Shown: positions 39,301 through 51,113, counted from the stretch's first letter. The stretch is DNA of 64,000 nt from Candidatus Kapaibacteriota bacterium (GCA_048594725.1 JBMDXA010000018.1:10055-74054); one strand, 5' to 3'. Notes: generated by a model from the sequence alone, not told the origin. Program-made: numbers and translations.

Positions 39301-40263
39301 CTGAAGCGAGCGGGCGGTGCTGGTCCCCCACTGCACCATCATCACCGGCTGCGAGGCCGTCACATGGGAGAGCCCGAAATTCTCGAACTCCACCGTCTCC
39401 CCATTCATCAGCACGGCTATCTCCCCGCCATTGACCCTGACCGATGTGCCATCGCAGCGGGCCACCACGCTATACAGACCGCGCTCCTGGCGTACCAGCG
39501 GCCCCACCACAAACTGGTTGCCCCAGGAGTCGATATCGGGAAGCTGCTCGATAAGCGGGTTGCAGGCGCGCTCCGCCCCTATCGAAAAATTACCGCAGAT
39601 GGCACCGCTCAGCACTCCTACCGGACGGCTGGCAACCACCCGGCTTCCGGTAAGATCCACCGGGCCGGAGCCGGAGGTGAGCATCTGATAGACCTCTCCC
39701 CGGTCCAGCGCCACGGTAAACGGCGCATCCGCCGGCAGGCCGCCCCGCGTGGGGACCGCTGGCGTGATAGTGATCTCTGTTTCATCCTCGATCCCGATCA
39801 CCGTCATAAACGAGCCGCTGATGGCGCTTCTCGTGGAGACGGCGATATACTCGAACCCCAGAAGCGAATCGGGAATGGCGGCATACGATTCGCTCTCCGA
39901 CGCCTCCCCCTTATCGAGCAGAAGAGCGGCGGTGATCCCAGCCGAGGCATCGATCTGCACGGTTCTGCGGAACGTCCCCTCCTGCTGCGGGAGGATAAGC
40001 TCGGACGAGTCGATGGCGATCTCCACGGCCCCGCCGGGAGGGAGCGTGAGGGTCTGAACGCGGCCGGTGGCGGTGAACAGCAGACGCACCTCCGCACCAG
40101 GCCCGCTGTTCAGCAGCAGGCGGGCCACGGGGGTTGCCGAGCCGAACAGGGGAAGGGTGCCGGGAAGCGTCAGGACGAACGAACGCCCCGCGCCGGAGAC
40201 CTGTGCGGCCGCGCCGGCGCAAAGCAGAAGGAACAGGAGCAGAGAGGAAAGAATTCGGACCAT
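36313..40263 (-). CDS. Very large (1316 aa) secreted surface protein with repeated Ig-like/beta-sandwich domains and Por/T9SS-type C-terminal domain
   Basis: Signal peptide MVRILSSLLLFLLLCAGAAAQ. Multiple internally similar roughly 100-aa segments (..LDFG...TVTNAS..., ..TFDVVHLPSTGVFQV..). C-terminus ...SGSYWLLLQTPSAVLRESVRIVK. Confidence 0.8.
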   Translation of the reverse strand: MVRILSSLLLFLLLCAGAAAQVSGAGRSFVLTLPGTLPLFGSATPVARLLLNSGPGAEVRLLFTATGRVQTLTLPPGGAVEIAIDSSELILPQQEGTFRRTVQIDASAGITAALLLDKGEASESESYAAIPDSLLGFEYIAVSTRSAISGSFMTVIGIEDETEITITPAVPTRGGLPADAPFTVALDRGEVYQMLTSGSGPVDLTGSRVVASRPVGVLSGAICGNFSIGAERACNPLIEQLPDIDSWGNQFVVGPLVRQERGLYSVVARCDGTSVRVNGGEIAVLMNGETVEFENFGLSHVTASQPVMMVQWGTSTARSLQDLNTPFGDPSMVVVPSVWQWGAGARLYVPAMAARMSGSNPVDWRYFIQVMIPSRAEAGLLVDGLPPVWAERHAAGSFIAGAVEVGPGDHLVDAGEPFATYVYGYSATDAFAASPGSVTVPWPVRLEDVIINTCLDPATIDTTLTLNFILPDTIPPVKIDSVEFLGGVTGTALDDIRNNPIPLPAQGRGTIRLRVRIAADGAAPREGRIVLHGDGCNPRIFVIRVRFTDDRLLVTPGAGATLDFGSLPALVPYAERTITLSNPAQVPMTVLSPAITPPEFTVVAPSFPAVIAPGESIPVTLRFMPLAAGSFDGRITFISSNCPEPQTVLLRGVRLEGGALSSGPLDSVRLLCAPKSPDTIVAAFVNRTDSPVTIVQADIIGPAAAEFSLPVSPVGTVLQPGESGSSQVIYTPGPLGVRVAALRLISSDADTSAIPFDVRNDSLLLVPIEGSLDFGVTDFCAPSPVLSLRFANRGTVTVAGIRERLELDGVAISSATSDLAAPGDTVTFDFVVGLTAAGAFNGGIRLRLGECGQEFFVPARGRRTGAAVVFSGDSIDFGLLNRCDSLLETGLMLENRGELPDTFDVVHLPSTGVFQVVLPGSPIETPVGVRVPVTVRFRPVGDGAFRDSIVLRSRACGSERVVYLRGARDGGGFVLSSSVIDFGAVQTPLTARAIVTVTNASTVARTLSAASLAGDLDGVRIVRPGSDTVLLPGEMVELEVLYTPSVAGDSLNGMAVLRELSPCPDSLRLAVRGRSEQRTLGLRWEESEGMIGEDAVLRLRVEQRTIPVPADTLRLRTAVRFDASMLFPLGVDAGDGRLRARIIGDEVRGGGRIVTIEVEGVFPDSGVLAELHATAALGAAETTPLAFAGSDLRRAADSSPVRLHDTIDGIFRTLGLCREGGVRLLGSQGFLRLSVSRPNPIRERGIVEFETIEQGATRLLLYDPQGNEVLVPFADADAAPGRYAATIDATALPSGSYWLLLQTPSAVLRESVRIVK

Positions 40264-40499
40264 ACCTGCACAAGAATGAAGGGATTCTATCGGAATGGCT
40301 TGCCGGTCTCAATGTATGACGATACAGGGAAGGATCTGAGTAAAAAGACCACGGTGATAATCCCGAAAAAAATAAAGGCGCCCCGTCATGTTCCGAAGAA
40401 CGGAAACGGAGCGCCTTGAACCATGAAGGGTCTGCACGGGAACGATTCCCGCCTGCACATGCTTTTTCGAATCGGACGGCTGATAGCAGCCGGTGTGAA

Positions 40500-41069
40500 T
40501 TACGGGTTCAGAACCACGTCGGTCTTCTCCAGAACGAACCCTACGGTGCCATCCTCGGCAATGAATTCCAGCGGCTTGTCCTGCTGGACGTTCACCCCCT
40601 GAAGCGGCAGGCTGTTGACGTTGCTGGCACGGAGGTTCAGCGGGCCGTTCGAGAGATAACTCTGTCCGCCCAGAGCCGAACCGGTGGCCTGGAGGTTGAT
40701 ATTCAGATCAAGCTCGGCCGGGAAGAGCGTGGGGCTGCCGGCAGCACCGGTAAGGGTGGTGGGCTGCGAGGTCGGGACCAGGTTGGCATCGATCGTGCCG
40801 ATCTCGCCGGCGCCGTTGGAGCTGAACTGGTCCACCTCGAAGATCACCTGGCAGGGATTGTACTGCAGGCCGGTAACATGCACCACAGCCTGGCCGCTGC
40901 TGTTGGTGGGAGCCGGACCGCCCGGCAGCACCACCACCTTGCCGCCATTGACGAAGTAGCAGATATAGGTATCACCGATATTGGGGAGATCCGGGCACTG
41001 GGCATACGCCTTGCCGCCCACCAGAATCCCGGCGATCATAAGAGCGAAGAGATAAAAGAACTTGCGCAT
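40500..41069 (-). CDS. Secreted hypothetical protein (189 aa)
   Basis: Signal peptide MRKFFYLFALMIAGILVGGKAYAQ. Gly/Asn/Ser-rich beta-strand-like sequence. Same strand as the 1316-aa gene and immediately upstream of it. Confidence 0.6.
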   Translation of the reverse strand: MRKFFYLFALMIAGILVGGKAYAQCPDLPNIGDTYICYFVNGGKVVVLPGGPAPTNSSGQAVVHVTGLQYNPCQVIFEVDQFSSNGAGEIGTIDANLVPTSQPTTLTGAAGSPTLFPAELDLNINLQATGSALGGQSYLSNGPLNLRASNVNSLPLQGVNVQQDKPLEFIAEDGTVGFVLEKTDVVLNP

Positions 41070-41526
41070 GATTAATCCCTGTTCGGAGGTTTATACTTGT
41101 TGGTATCGCCGATTATCCTCTCGGAACATCTACGGCGTTCATCGTTTTACATGGTGCAATAATAGGGGTATGGTGGTGGCCCGAACTTCTCCCGGATTGC
41201 TCTCTTTACGCATCGCCCAGCTCTATCAGCCAGAAGGGATCACAGTATATCCGATAGCCTCACCGGATAGATTACGCAAAGCCGCCAAGGCGCAAAGGGA
41301 CGCAAAGAAAGAGAGAAAAAAAATGAGGCATATCACAGGAGAAATTGATTTTTTTCTTCTCAGCGATCTTTGCGGCTTTGCGCGAAATTCTTTGCACGAA
41401 TCCGGCTCTGCCATGTAATGATACTGGGCGCGAACCGCTGAAACGGCCGCGCCCAGTATCGTGCATTTCCCGGATAATTATTCCGCTATCCGCCGCCGGC
41501 TGCGATGCCGCCGTGCCAATAGGGGA

Positions 41527-42516
41527 TTATCCGACTCTCTTCACCGTGTTGATGAGGGTGCCGAGCATATCTATCTCGCACTCCACCACATCGCCATCCT
41601 TCAGCCACCAGTTATCGGTGATCTTGGAGCCGTTCAGTTCCAGGAAGCAGCCGGTTCCCACGGTGCCGGAGCCTATCACATCGCCGGGGTGAAGGGTAAC
41701 GCCGTAGGAGGCGCGCTCGAGGATCTGCGCGAACGTCCAGCTCATATCCTTCAGGTTGCCGCGCGACACCTCCGTGCCGTTGACACGGGTAACCATCGTC
41801 AGATCGTAGCGCTCCCCGTACTGCCCGGCGATCATCTTCGAGGAAAGCTCGTCGCGCGTGGCGAGGTACGGTCCGATCGAGGTGGCGAAATCCTTTCCCT
41901 TGGCCGGTCCCAGGCTCAGCTTCATCTCCTCCATCTGGAGGGCACGGGCCGACCAGTCGTTCATGACCGTATATCCGGCGATATATTCATCGGCCTCCGA
42001 AGCCTTGATATTACGCCCCTTGCGGCCGATCACGATGGCGCACTCCAGCTCGAAATCGAGCCGGTTGAGATGCTCCTCCATCACCTCCACCTCCCCGGGG
42101 CCGGTAACGGCCATATGGTTGGTGAAATAGAAGACCGGGAAGTGATCGAACTCCGGGATCATCTCCACACCGCGATTACGCCGTGCGGCCTCCACATGCT
42201 GGCGGAACGCATAGCCGTCGCGCATGGAGGTGGGACGGGGCACCGGTGCAAGAAGGGTCACATCGGAGATCAGAGGGCTGGAGGAGAGCAGGCTCCCCTC
42301 ATCCTGGGCACGGGCGATAAGCTCCCGCACCGCCGCCATCCCCCCCTCTCCCGCTTCCAGCAGGGAGATCATCGAGGAGAACGCGACGCCCCCGGCCTGA
42401 AGTGTCTCGGCCCCGCGCTGCAGATCGAGCACATGATCGCCGACAAGCGCGCCGAGGCGCCCACCGGAGATATCTCCTCCTGCATGTTCGCCAGATAGAT
42501 ACGTGACAAGTTTCAT
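41527..42516 (-). CDS. Fumarylacetoacetate hydrolase (FAH) family protein
   Basis: ...FELECAIVIGRKGRNIKASEADEYIAGYTVMNDWSARALQ...GSGTVGTGCFLELN... is typical of the FAH fold. Start at MKLVTYL (cat at 42514-42516). Confidence 0.85.
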   Translation of the reverse strand: MKLVTYLSGEHAGGDISGGRLGALVGDHVLDLQRGAETLQAGGVAFSSMISLLEAGEGGMAAVRELIARAQDEGSLLSSSPLISDVTLLAPVPRPTSMRDGYAFRQHVEAARRNRGVEMIPEFDHFPVFYFTNHMAVTGPGEVEVMEEHLNRLDFELECAIVIGRKGRNIKASEADEYIAGYTVMNDWSARALQMEEMKLSLGPAKGKDFATSIGPYLATRDELSSKMIAGQYGERYDLTMVTRVNGTEVSRGNLKDMSWTFAQILERASYGVTLHPGDVIGSGTVGTGCFLELNGSKITDNWWLKDGDVVECEIDMLGTLINTVKRVG

Positions 42517-42636
42517 CGGTATATATGATTCTATTGATTGAGCCGCAGGGGAGATCGGCCTCCCCCGCCCCTGCCATGAATTTCGCGCCGATCGATCCGG
42601 AATATGATGCCGGAACGGATGGCTCATCGGAACGGA

Positions 42637-42945
42637 TTATTCCCCGGCGAGCGTTCCGGGGAATTTATTCTGTTCCTGGAGATATTTTCTCTCGGTATAG
42701 GACCATGTCCAGGCACCCCAGGCGTACCCTATCACCGGGAAGAGCAGAAGATTGATAACGAGCTGGCGTATCAGGAAATAGGGATTGAAGGAGCTCTCTT
42801 CGAAGAGCATGTTCAGGACGCTTATCACCACGGCCATGCAGAGCGCCATCACCAGGCCGAACCCCAGCACCCCCTGCATCCAGATAAATGATTTCCTCCC
42901 GCCCTTGCGCATCCTTCCCCAGCGTTCGAATTCCTTGAGAGTCAT
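42637..42945 (-). CDS. Small two-TM membrane protein, hypothetical
   Basis: 102 aa. TM segments VLGFGLVMALCMAVVISVL and LVINLLLFPVIGYAWGAW. GC3-biased codons. Confidence 0.5.
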   Translation of the reverse strand: MTLKEFERWGRMRKGGRKSFIWMQGVLGFGLVMALCMAVVISVLNMLFEESSFNPYFLIRQLVINLLLFPVIGYAWGAWTWSYTERKYLQEQNKFPGTLAGE

Positions 42946-43021
42946 TACCCTGCCCCGGCATTATTGAACGATATCCGATACCAGCGGCGAGGATACCACG
43001 ATCACACGCCGGATAGTTCTT

Positions 43022-43456
43022 CTACACGAACAGCAGCACCGCCGCATAGCGGAGCACGCGCACGCTGAACGTGACGGCCACGAAAAAGAGGAGATGAATT
43101 CTCATGATCCCCGCGATGATGGTAAGGGGATCGCCCACGAACGGAAGCCACGACGCCAGAAGCGACCATTTGCCATAGCGTTCCGACCACGCCAGCGCCC
43201 GCCGCCCCACACGGCTCTGAGCGGTCTTGCGCCGCACCGCGCCGCTCCCCCATCGCCCCAGACCGTAATTCAGAAGCACGCCCAGGCAGTTGCCCACCGA
43301 GGCATACAGAAGCACCTCCCACGAAGGCATGCCAAGACGAAGCGCCGCATAGACGGCAGCCTCCGAGCTGAGAGGAAGGATCGTGGCCGCGATAAACGAT
43401 ACCAGCAGCAGCCCGAGCCCGCCATGTGTTACCACCAGATGTTGCAGTTCTTCCAT
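43022..43456 (-). CDS. DedA/YqaA-family (SNARE-associated, TVP38-like) membrane protein
   Basis: MEELQHLVVTHGGLGLLLVSFIAATILPLSSEAAVYAAL...LASWLPFVGDPLTIIAGIMRIH. Start at the cat at 43454-43456. Confidence 0.75.
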   Translation of the reverse strand: MEELQHLVVTHGGLGLLLVSFIAATILPLSSEAAVYAALRLGMPSWEVLLYASVGNCLGVLLNYGLGRWGSGAVRRKTAQSRVGRRALAWSERYGKWSLLASWLPFVGDPLTIIAGIMRIHLLFFVAVTFSVRVLRYAAVLLFV

Positions 43457-43770
43457 AGCTGAACCGATAATATACGAGGAGGAGGCGGAAGAATGGGGCA
43501 GGAGATGGCAGTGAGAGGCCGGAAGAAGGCCGGCCGCCGATGGCTGGTAGCGCGAAGTTCTACTGCGCGACCCACAGTTCAGTTGTGGTGCTCCGGCAGC
43601 AACCGAGGAATGGCTCGCTCCTGCCGGAGCTTCCGACGGCAAGAGAATGAAACTCTCCTGCTCCAACCGGGCGCCCCCTCCAGGGGCCATCCACCCGGTA
43701 CATCATCTCGAACTCCTCCCCTGCCGGCTTCCTCTGCCAGACTCCTGCACCCCAGCCCCCATGTGCCTTC

Positions 43771-43810
43771 TCCCCAATCGAAAATCGAAAATCGCCAATC
43801 GAAAATCCCC
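43771..43810. repeat. Copy of the CGAAAAT-heptamer repeat family abutting the ppk stop
   Basis: ccccAATCGAAAATCGAAAATCGccAATCGAAAATccccc, immediately followed by the ppk stop codon (rc cta at 43811-43813). Confidence 0.6.
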
Positions 43811-45982
<2,172 letters not shown>

Positions 45983-46430
45983 AATGCTTGCATACCCGTG
46001 AAGGGGCACAGTTCCGGGGGATGACCCGCTGCGGCATCCGCTCGGGCCCTTCCTGTAGCGTACAGGGGGAGCCGGAGGGCGCCGGCATCGATGCGATGGG
46101 CCCGCCGGGAGGGGGCCATCTGCGGGACCGGGTTTGAAGCGACCGGCCGATGACGCTGACACCGAACCGCCGGGAGCGATGCGAGGTTCCCGGCGGGCGC
46201 GACACGGCCCCATCGCACCGCAGGATATACGGCGGTAACGATGGCGCTTTTAAAGTAGTGTTTCACCGCACCGCTGGCAAGTAATGTTATGGCTATCGGC
46301 CCCCTCCCCTGCAAGGAAGTATTACACGCCGGCTCATCGCTTTAACGTCACCATCGTTGGCCGTAAGTTTACCCGAAACATCGTACCGAACGGAAGTTCA
46401 TAACAACGTACTATAACTGGAGAATCTTCC

Positions 46431-46862
46431 ATGTTCCCCATGTATGATCCCAACCTCGTGCAGCCGATGCGCGATGAGGTCACCCGGCTCGGCGTGCAGG
46501 AGCTTACCACTCCCGAGCAGGTCGACGAGACCCTGAATGCCCCCGGCACCGTGCTGGTGTTCGTCAACTCCGTCTGCGGCTGCGCCGCCGGAGGAGCGCG
46601 TCCGGGACTTCGCCTTGCGCTTCAGCACGGCACCCTCCCGGACAAGATGGTCTCGGTCTTCGCCGGTATGGACCGCGAGGCCGTGGACCGCGCACGCCAG
46701 CATTTCCTGGGCTATCCCCCTTCCTCCCCGCAGATCGCGCTGATGCGCGACGGCAAGGTGGTGCATATGATCCCGCGCCATCATATCGAGGGACGCTCGC
46801 CGGAGATGATCGCCCAGAACCTGAAGGATGCCTTCGACGAGTACTGCTCGGTCAAGGCGTAA
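46431..46862 (+). CDS. Bacilliredoxin (BrxA/BrxB, YphP/YqiW, DUF1094) family thiol-disulfide oxidoreductase
   Basis: Near-collinear match to the B. subtilis YphP pattern: ...ELTTPEQVDETLNAPGTVLVFVNSVCGCAAGGARP...LPDKMVSVFAGMDREAVDRARQHFLGYPPSSPQIALMRDGKVVHMIPRHHIEG...FDEYC, with CGC active site. GGAGAA RBS upstream. Confidence 0.85.
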   Translation: MFPMYDPNLVQPMRDEVTRLGVQELTTPEQVDETLNAPGTVLVFVNSVCGCAAGGARPGLRLALQHGTLPDKMVSVFAGMDREAVDRARQHFLGYPPSSPQIALMRDGKVVHMIPRHHIEGRSPEMIAQNLKDAFDEYCSVKA

Positions 46863-47373
46863 CAGCTCCCTCTGCACAGGATGCTTTCCAGCGAAGGCCC
46901 GCTCCCTCCACGGGGGACGGGCCTTTGCCGTTGCAGGAGAGGAAGCATGCGCACAGCCCACCTGATGGGGAACGGCCGGAACGATACGTCCGGCACGGCC
47001 CGGTTCTCCTCCCCCCGGAAAGCACCTGCCTCCTCCTCGTATACATCGTGAAACCATTTGAAAGAATCGCGGCCCGGAAGGGATGCTCCCTCCCCCGGAA
47101 CCGGCCGTACCGGCTCCGGGAACCCCGGTTTTACGTGCTCCGGCGGCGATCCGGCCCCCTGGTTCCGGTTGAATCGCCGTACGGACCGGGCCTGGCGGAA
47201 ACCGGCCGCGGCGGCTGATACCACTATCGCAGCGGGCATATCGGTGCCAGATGGAAACGTTCGGCTATATTTGCGTTCTTCAGCACCGGGAAGCCGGCAT
47301 CCTCCACGGACGCACCTACGGCTGCCGCTGTTCGGAACAACCTTCATCGAATTACTCTTAGAAAGATCTCAAC

Positions 47374-48489
47374 ATGATTATCGGCGTACCTCGCGAAATC
47401 AAGCCGAACGAGAACAGGGTCGGCGTTGTGCCTTCGGGCGTGGAACTTCTGGTAAAGAACGGCCACACCGTTCTGGTGGAGACCAACGCCGGCGTCGGCT
47501 CCGGATTCCAGGATGATGACTACGTCCGCGCCGGCGCCAGGATGGTGAACACCCCGGCCGATGTCTACGGCGAGGCCGAGATGATCGTCAAGGTGAAGGA
47601 GCCGATCAAGCCGGAATACGACCTGATCCGTCCCGGACAGGTGCTCTTCACCTACTTCCACTTCGCGGCCAGCCGCGAGCTGACCGAGGCGATCATCAAG
47701 AGCAAGTCGGTCGCCATCGCCTACGAGACCGTTCAGCGCGCCGACCGCTCGCTGCCGCTGCTGATCCCGATGTCGGAGGTGGCAGGGCGCATGGCACCGC
47801 AGGAAGGGGCAAAGTACCTTGAGAAGCCGATGGGCGGCCGTGGCGTCCTGCTGGGCGGCATCCCCGGAACCCGTCCGGCCGATGTCATCATCCTCGGCGG
47901 CGGCATCGTGGGAACCAACGCGGCAAAGATCGCCGCCGGATTCGGCGCCCGCGTCACGATCTTCGATCGCGACCTGTATCGCCTCCGCTACCTGGATGAC
48001 GTGATGCCGAAGAACGTGCAGACGATGATGTCCACGCCGCACTCCATCCGCGAAGCGGTGAAGCAGGCCGACCTGGTGATCGGCGCGGTGCTGGTACCGG
48101 GCGCCAAGGCCCCGTATCTCATCACCCGCGATATGCTCCCGACCATGCGCGAGGGCTCGGTGGTGGTTGACGTGTCGGTGGACCAGGGAGGCTGCATCGA
48201 GACCACCCACCCGACCACGCATGCCGACCCCACCTACGTGGTGGACGGGGTGGTGCATTACTGCGTGGCGAACATGCCGGGCGCCGTGCCGTTCACCTCC
48301 ACGATCGGCCTTACCAACGCAACGCTCCCGTACATGCTCCAGCTTGCCGATCTCGGATACCGCGAGGCGCTCCGCCAGAACCCGGAACTCCGCCCCGGCC
48401 TGAACGTGATCGACGGCCTGGTGACCTACGACGGCGTCGCCGAGGCGTTCGGTCTGGAGTACACGCCGGTGGATCAGGCGCTGGCATAA
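47374..48489 (+). CDS. ald: Alanine dehydrogenase
   Basis: [36 protein letters not shown]... NAD-binding site [24 protein letters not shown]. Typical 371-aa length. Confidence 0.9.
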   Translation: MIIGVPREIKPNENRVGVVPSGVELLVKNGHTVLVETNAGVGSGFQDDDYVRAGARMVNTPADVYGEAEMIVKVKEPIKPEYDLIRPGQVLFTYFHFAASRELTEAIIKSKSVAIAYETVQRADRSLPLLIPMSEVAGRMAPQEGAKYLEKPMGGRGVLLGGIPGTRPADVIILGGGIVGTNAAKIAAGFGARVTIFDRDLYRLRYLDDVMPKNVQTMMSTPHSIREAVKQADLVIGAVLVPGAKAPYLITRDMLPTMREGSVVVDVSVDQGGCIETTHPTTHADPTYVVDGVVHYCVANMPGAVPFTSTIGLTNATLPYMLQLADLGYREALRQNPELRPGLNVIDGLVTYDGVAEAFGLEYTPVDQALA

Positions 48490-48553
48490 CCAGTAGCGAA
48501 CGGGTGTCAGATACTCGTTGGCGCCAGTTCGTATGATTAATTTCCGATTCATG

Positions 48554-48586
48554 GCTGGCAGGAGATGATCCTGCCAGTCTTTTTTC
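48554..48586 (+). terminator. Rho-independent terminator after ald
   Basis: CTGGCAGG-agatgat-CCTGCCAG followed by TCTTTTTTCC. Confidence 0.65.
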
Positions 48587-48599
48587 CGCTCCTATCACT

Positions 48600-49112
48600 A
48601 TGAGCCTTATCCCCTTCAACCAGCTTCCTGACGATGCGCGGCTCTGGGTGTTCAACGCCGAGCGCCCGCTCAGCAGCAGCGAACTGGCACGTCTCGACGA
48701 GGCGCTGGCCGGTTTCGTAGCCTCCTGGGCGGCCCACCGGAAGGATCTTACCGCGGCCTATGAGCTGCGCTACAACCAGTTCATCTTCATCGGCGTGGAC
48801 GAATCGCGGCTCCCCCCGTCCGGCTGCTCCATCGATAGCCTGGTGCGCGCACTGGGATCGTTCGGTGCGGAGCTTGGCATGGAGCTGATCGATGCCCCCG
48901 ATGTGGCCTACCGCGACGGCGATGCCGTGCGCGCGGTGGATCGAAAAGAGTTCACCCGTCTGGCCGGAACCGGCGCGGTAAACGCAGGCACGATCGTGTT
49001 CGACAAGACCGCCGCGCGCGTGGGGGATCTGCGGGGCGGACGCTGGGAACGCCCGGCACGGGAGTCGTGGCACGGCCGCGCGTTCGATCTGAAGGAAAAA
49101 CAAACCGCATAA
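48600..49112 (+). CDS. Hypothetical protein (170 aa)
   Basis: GC3-rich ORF MSLIPFNQLPDDARLWVFNAERPLSSSELARLDEALAGFVASW... No recognisable family. A strong terminator follows. Confidence 0.6.
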   Translation: MSLIPFNQLPDDARLWVFNAERPLSSSELARLDEALAGFVASWAAHRKDLTAAYELRYNQFIFIGVDESRLPPSGCSIDSLVRALGSFGAELGMELIDAPDVAYRDGDAVRAVDRKEFTRLAGTGAVNAGTIVFDKTAARVGDLRGGRWERPARESWHGRAFDLKEKQTA

Positions 49113-49146
49113 GCCAGAGAACAAACGCTCGCGGCGATAACGATCA

Positions 49147-49186
49147 GGGGAGGATGCCTTGCAGGCATCCTCCCCTTGTTTTTTTC
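49147..49186 (+). terminator. Rho-independent terminator
   Basis: GGGGAGGATGCC-ttgca-GGCATCCTCCCC (12-bp stem) followed by TTGTTTTTTTC. Confidence 0.65.
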
Positions 49187-49213
49187 ATGATAATAGTATG
49201 GAGGAATAATTCC

Positions 49214-49372
49214 ATGCGCAGTGAATTAAGATATCAGGGAGAGAACCGTGGGATACTCAGGGGAGTTGCCATTACATGGCATTGCAATAATGTCCCGGCA
49301 GGTGCATATTCTCTCTCAGCGTTCGACCTCGCCGGCGCTCTGATCTCTTCCATAAATGTTATCAAACAATGA
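49214..49372 (+). pseudogene. Possible orphan fragment of a T9SS cargo C-terminal domain
   Basis: 52-aa ORF MRSELRYQGENRGILRGVAITWHCNNVPAGAYSLSAFDLAGALISSINVIKQ. Its tail resembles the CTD ends of neighbouring cargo proteins (e.g. ...PAGVYMLSIYDRDGDRISATRIPKR). AT-rich, no upstream partner. Confidence 0.3.
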
Positions 49373-49469
49373 GATTTCGTATATATACTGCTGATTCTGG
49401 ATGAGCAGAATGCCATACGGGCCAGCCAGAGAATCATCAAGGGATAATGAGAATAATCAATATTGTTTT

Positions 49470-51113
49470 ATGAAACCTTTGTATCGGTTGCACTCCGGGT
49501 ATCCCCTTGTGCTGTTGACGGTGATCGCACTGATGCAGATGATCCTCCTGTGCGACGACGTGGCCGCACAGGTCGACACCATCCGTCCCAGCCCGAAGGC
49601 AGTACGGCTGCGGGAGATCTGGCGCATTGAGGGACCCAACGAGGGCGGTGGGGATCGGGTGGGACTAGGAGTGGGATCGGTAGGAGATATCAACAACGAC
49701 GGCCTTAGCGATTTTGCTGTGAACTGGGGGAAGCTGGAACAATGGAAGGTATATCTGGGGAAATCTCCTGCGCCATCGACGATTCCCTCCTGGATAGTGG
49801 ACACGGCCGGGGGAAGCAAGCCACTGGCCGGCGACTTCTGGGGCACCGGCAGAAAAGCTGTAACATTTGCAACCGCTGAATCGGATACCAGCGGAGGCCG
49901 CACAAAGTTTTTTCGGAAACTGTTGTTCTTCCGGACTGAAGGAGATACGCTTGCGACGGCTCCAGACCTGATCCTGAATTACCGCCACTCAGATCCACCA
50001 GTTAGGTTCTCTTACACGACCATGCTTGCAGCGGATCTGGATAGTGATGGGGATGACGAGCTTATCCTGTTCAATTATCTGGTGGTTCGGGGAGACTCTA
50101 CGTGGCCTGCCGAGATCTGGATCTATCGTGGCGGACCTGATTTCCAGGTCGGTGCTCCAAGCCTCATTATCCGCGATCCGTTCGAGAATACTATACGTGG
50201 CAATTTCTACGCAGGCATCGGCGACTTCGACGGCGACTCCAGACTCGATATGGTCACCTGGATCGACAACACCGACATCGGACGACTCCGCTTCTGGTGG
50301 GGTGCTCCAGGCGCCCCCTGGAACTGGAACCAGCCCGACCGCATCATCCCCACCGAAGCAGATGCTGCCGGTGGCATCTTCTACCTGCTGGATTGCGACG
50401 GCGACCGCATCCAGGATCTGCTCATCAATTCCCCCACCGGGCCACGCCTGTACCGCTCGGCAACCGGCAAGAGCATGCGCACTCGATCACTCCTCATCGA
50501 TGACTCCGATGCCGATTTCCGCAGCCTTACCTACGGCGGGTTCTTCGCGATGGGACCTCTGAATGACAGCAGCCGGCGATACGATATGATCGGTAAAGTC
50601 GGCTCCAGCCTCATCGCCTTCTCCGGCGGACCGAACGGGCCGGATCTTCAGTACGACGCTACTCACAGCGACAACTTCGGTGTCCCATATGGGTATCCAA
50701 CTCCTTTGTCTGATGTCAACGGCGATGGATGGCCGGATGTGCTGTTCGGCAACTACACCTATTTTTTCCAGAGCGGTGTTGCATTGATCCTGAGCGGCGG
50801 CCCCTACATTCCGCGCGATGGCGTTTCCGGCGTGCAGGATCTCTCGATCAACGGCCAGGAGTCCGCCGTGAGCATCTGGCCGATCCCGATGCGCGATGAG
50901 CTGCACATCGCATGGCGAGGCGATTTGAGGCGTCCTCCGGCGCGCTTCGAGGTACACGATATTACCGGAAAACTGGTTGCGATTGGCGATGCCGATCCGG
51001 CCACCGGAGAAGCCCTCTGGACTTGTTCAACAGCTCCGGCCGGCGTATATATGCTGAGTATATATGATCGAGACGGAGATCGGATCTCGGCGACACGCAT
51101 TCCAAAACGCTAG
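49470..51113 (+). CDS. FG-GAP repeat (integrin-alpha-like beta-propeller) protein with Por/T9SS-type C-terminal domain
   Basis: Signal peptide MKPLYRLHSGYPLVLLTVIALMQMILLCDDVAAQ. Repeated Ca-binding-like motifs DINNDGLSDF, DLDSDGDDELILF, DFDGDSRLDMV, DCDGDRIQDLLI, DVNGDGWPDVLFG. C-terminus ...GVYMLSIYDRDGDRISATRIPKR. Confidence 0.8.
   Translation: MKPLYRLHSGYPLVLLTVIALMQMILLCDDVAAQVDTIRPSPKAVRLREIWRIEGPNEGGGDRVGLGVGSVGDINNDGLSDFAVNWGKLEQWKVYLGKSPAPSTIPSWIVDTAGGSKPLAGDFWGTGRKAVTFATAESDTSGGRTKFFRKLLFFRTEGDTLATAPDLILNYRHSDPPVRFSYTTMLAADLDSDGDDELILFNYLVVRGDSTWPAEIWIYRGGPDFQVGAPSLIIRDPFENTIRGNFYAGIGDFDGDSRLDMVTWIDNTDIGRLRFWWGAPGAPWNWNQPDRIIPTEADAAGGIFYLLDCDGDRIQDLLINSPTGPRLYRSATGKSMRTRSLLIDDSDADFRSLTYGGFFAMGPLNDSSRRYDMIGKVGSSLIAFSGGPNGPDLQYDATHSDNFGVPYGYPTPLSDVNGDGWPDVLFGNYTYFFQSGVALILSGGPYIPRDGVSGVQDLSINGQESAVSIWPIPMRDELHIAWRGDLRRPPARFEVHDITGKLVAIGDADPATGEALWTCSTAPAGVYMLSIYDRDGDRISATRIPKR

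Noticed and set aside
41062-41418. 118-aa plus-strand ORF in the 450-bp gap upstream of the FAH gene, and the 12-bp-stem hairpin at 41421-41459.
   Set aside because: The ORF has A/T-rich, unbiased codons and low-complexity Lys/Arg sequence. The hairpin lacks a U-tract on either strand, so it is not called as a terminator. It may still be a structural element.
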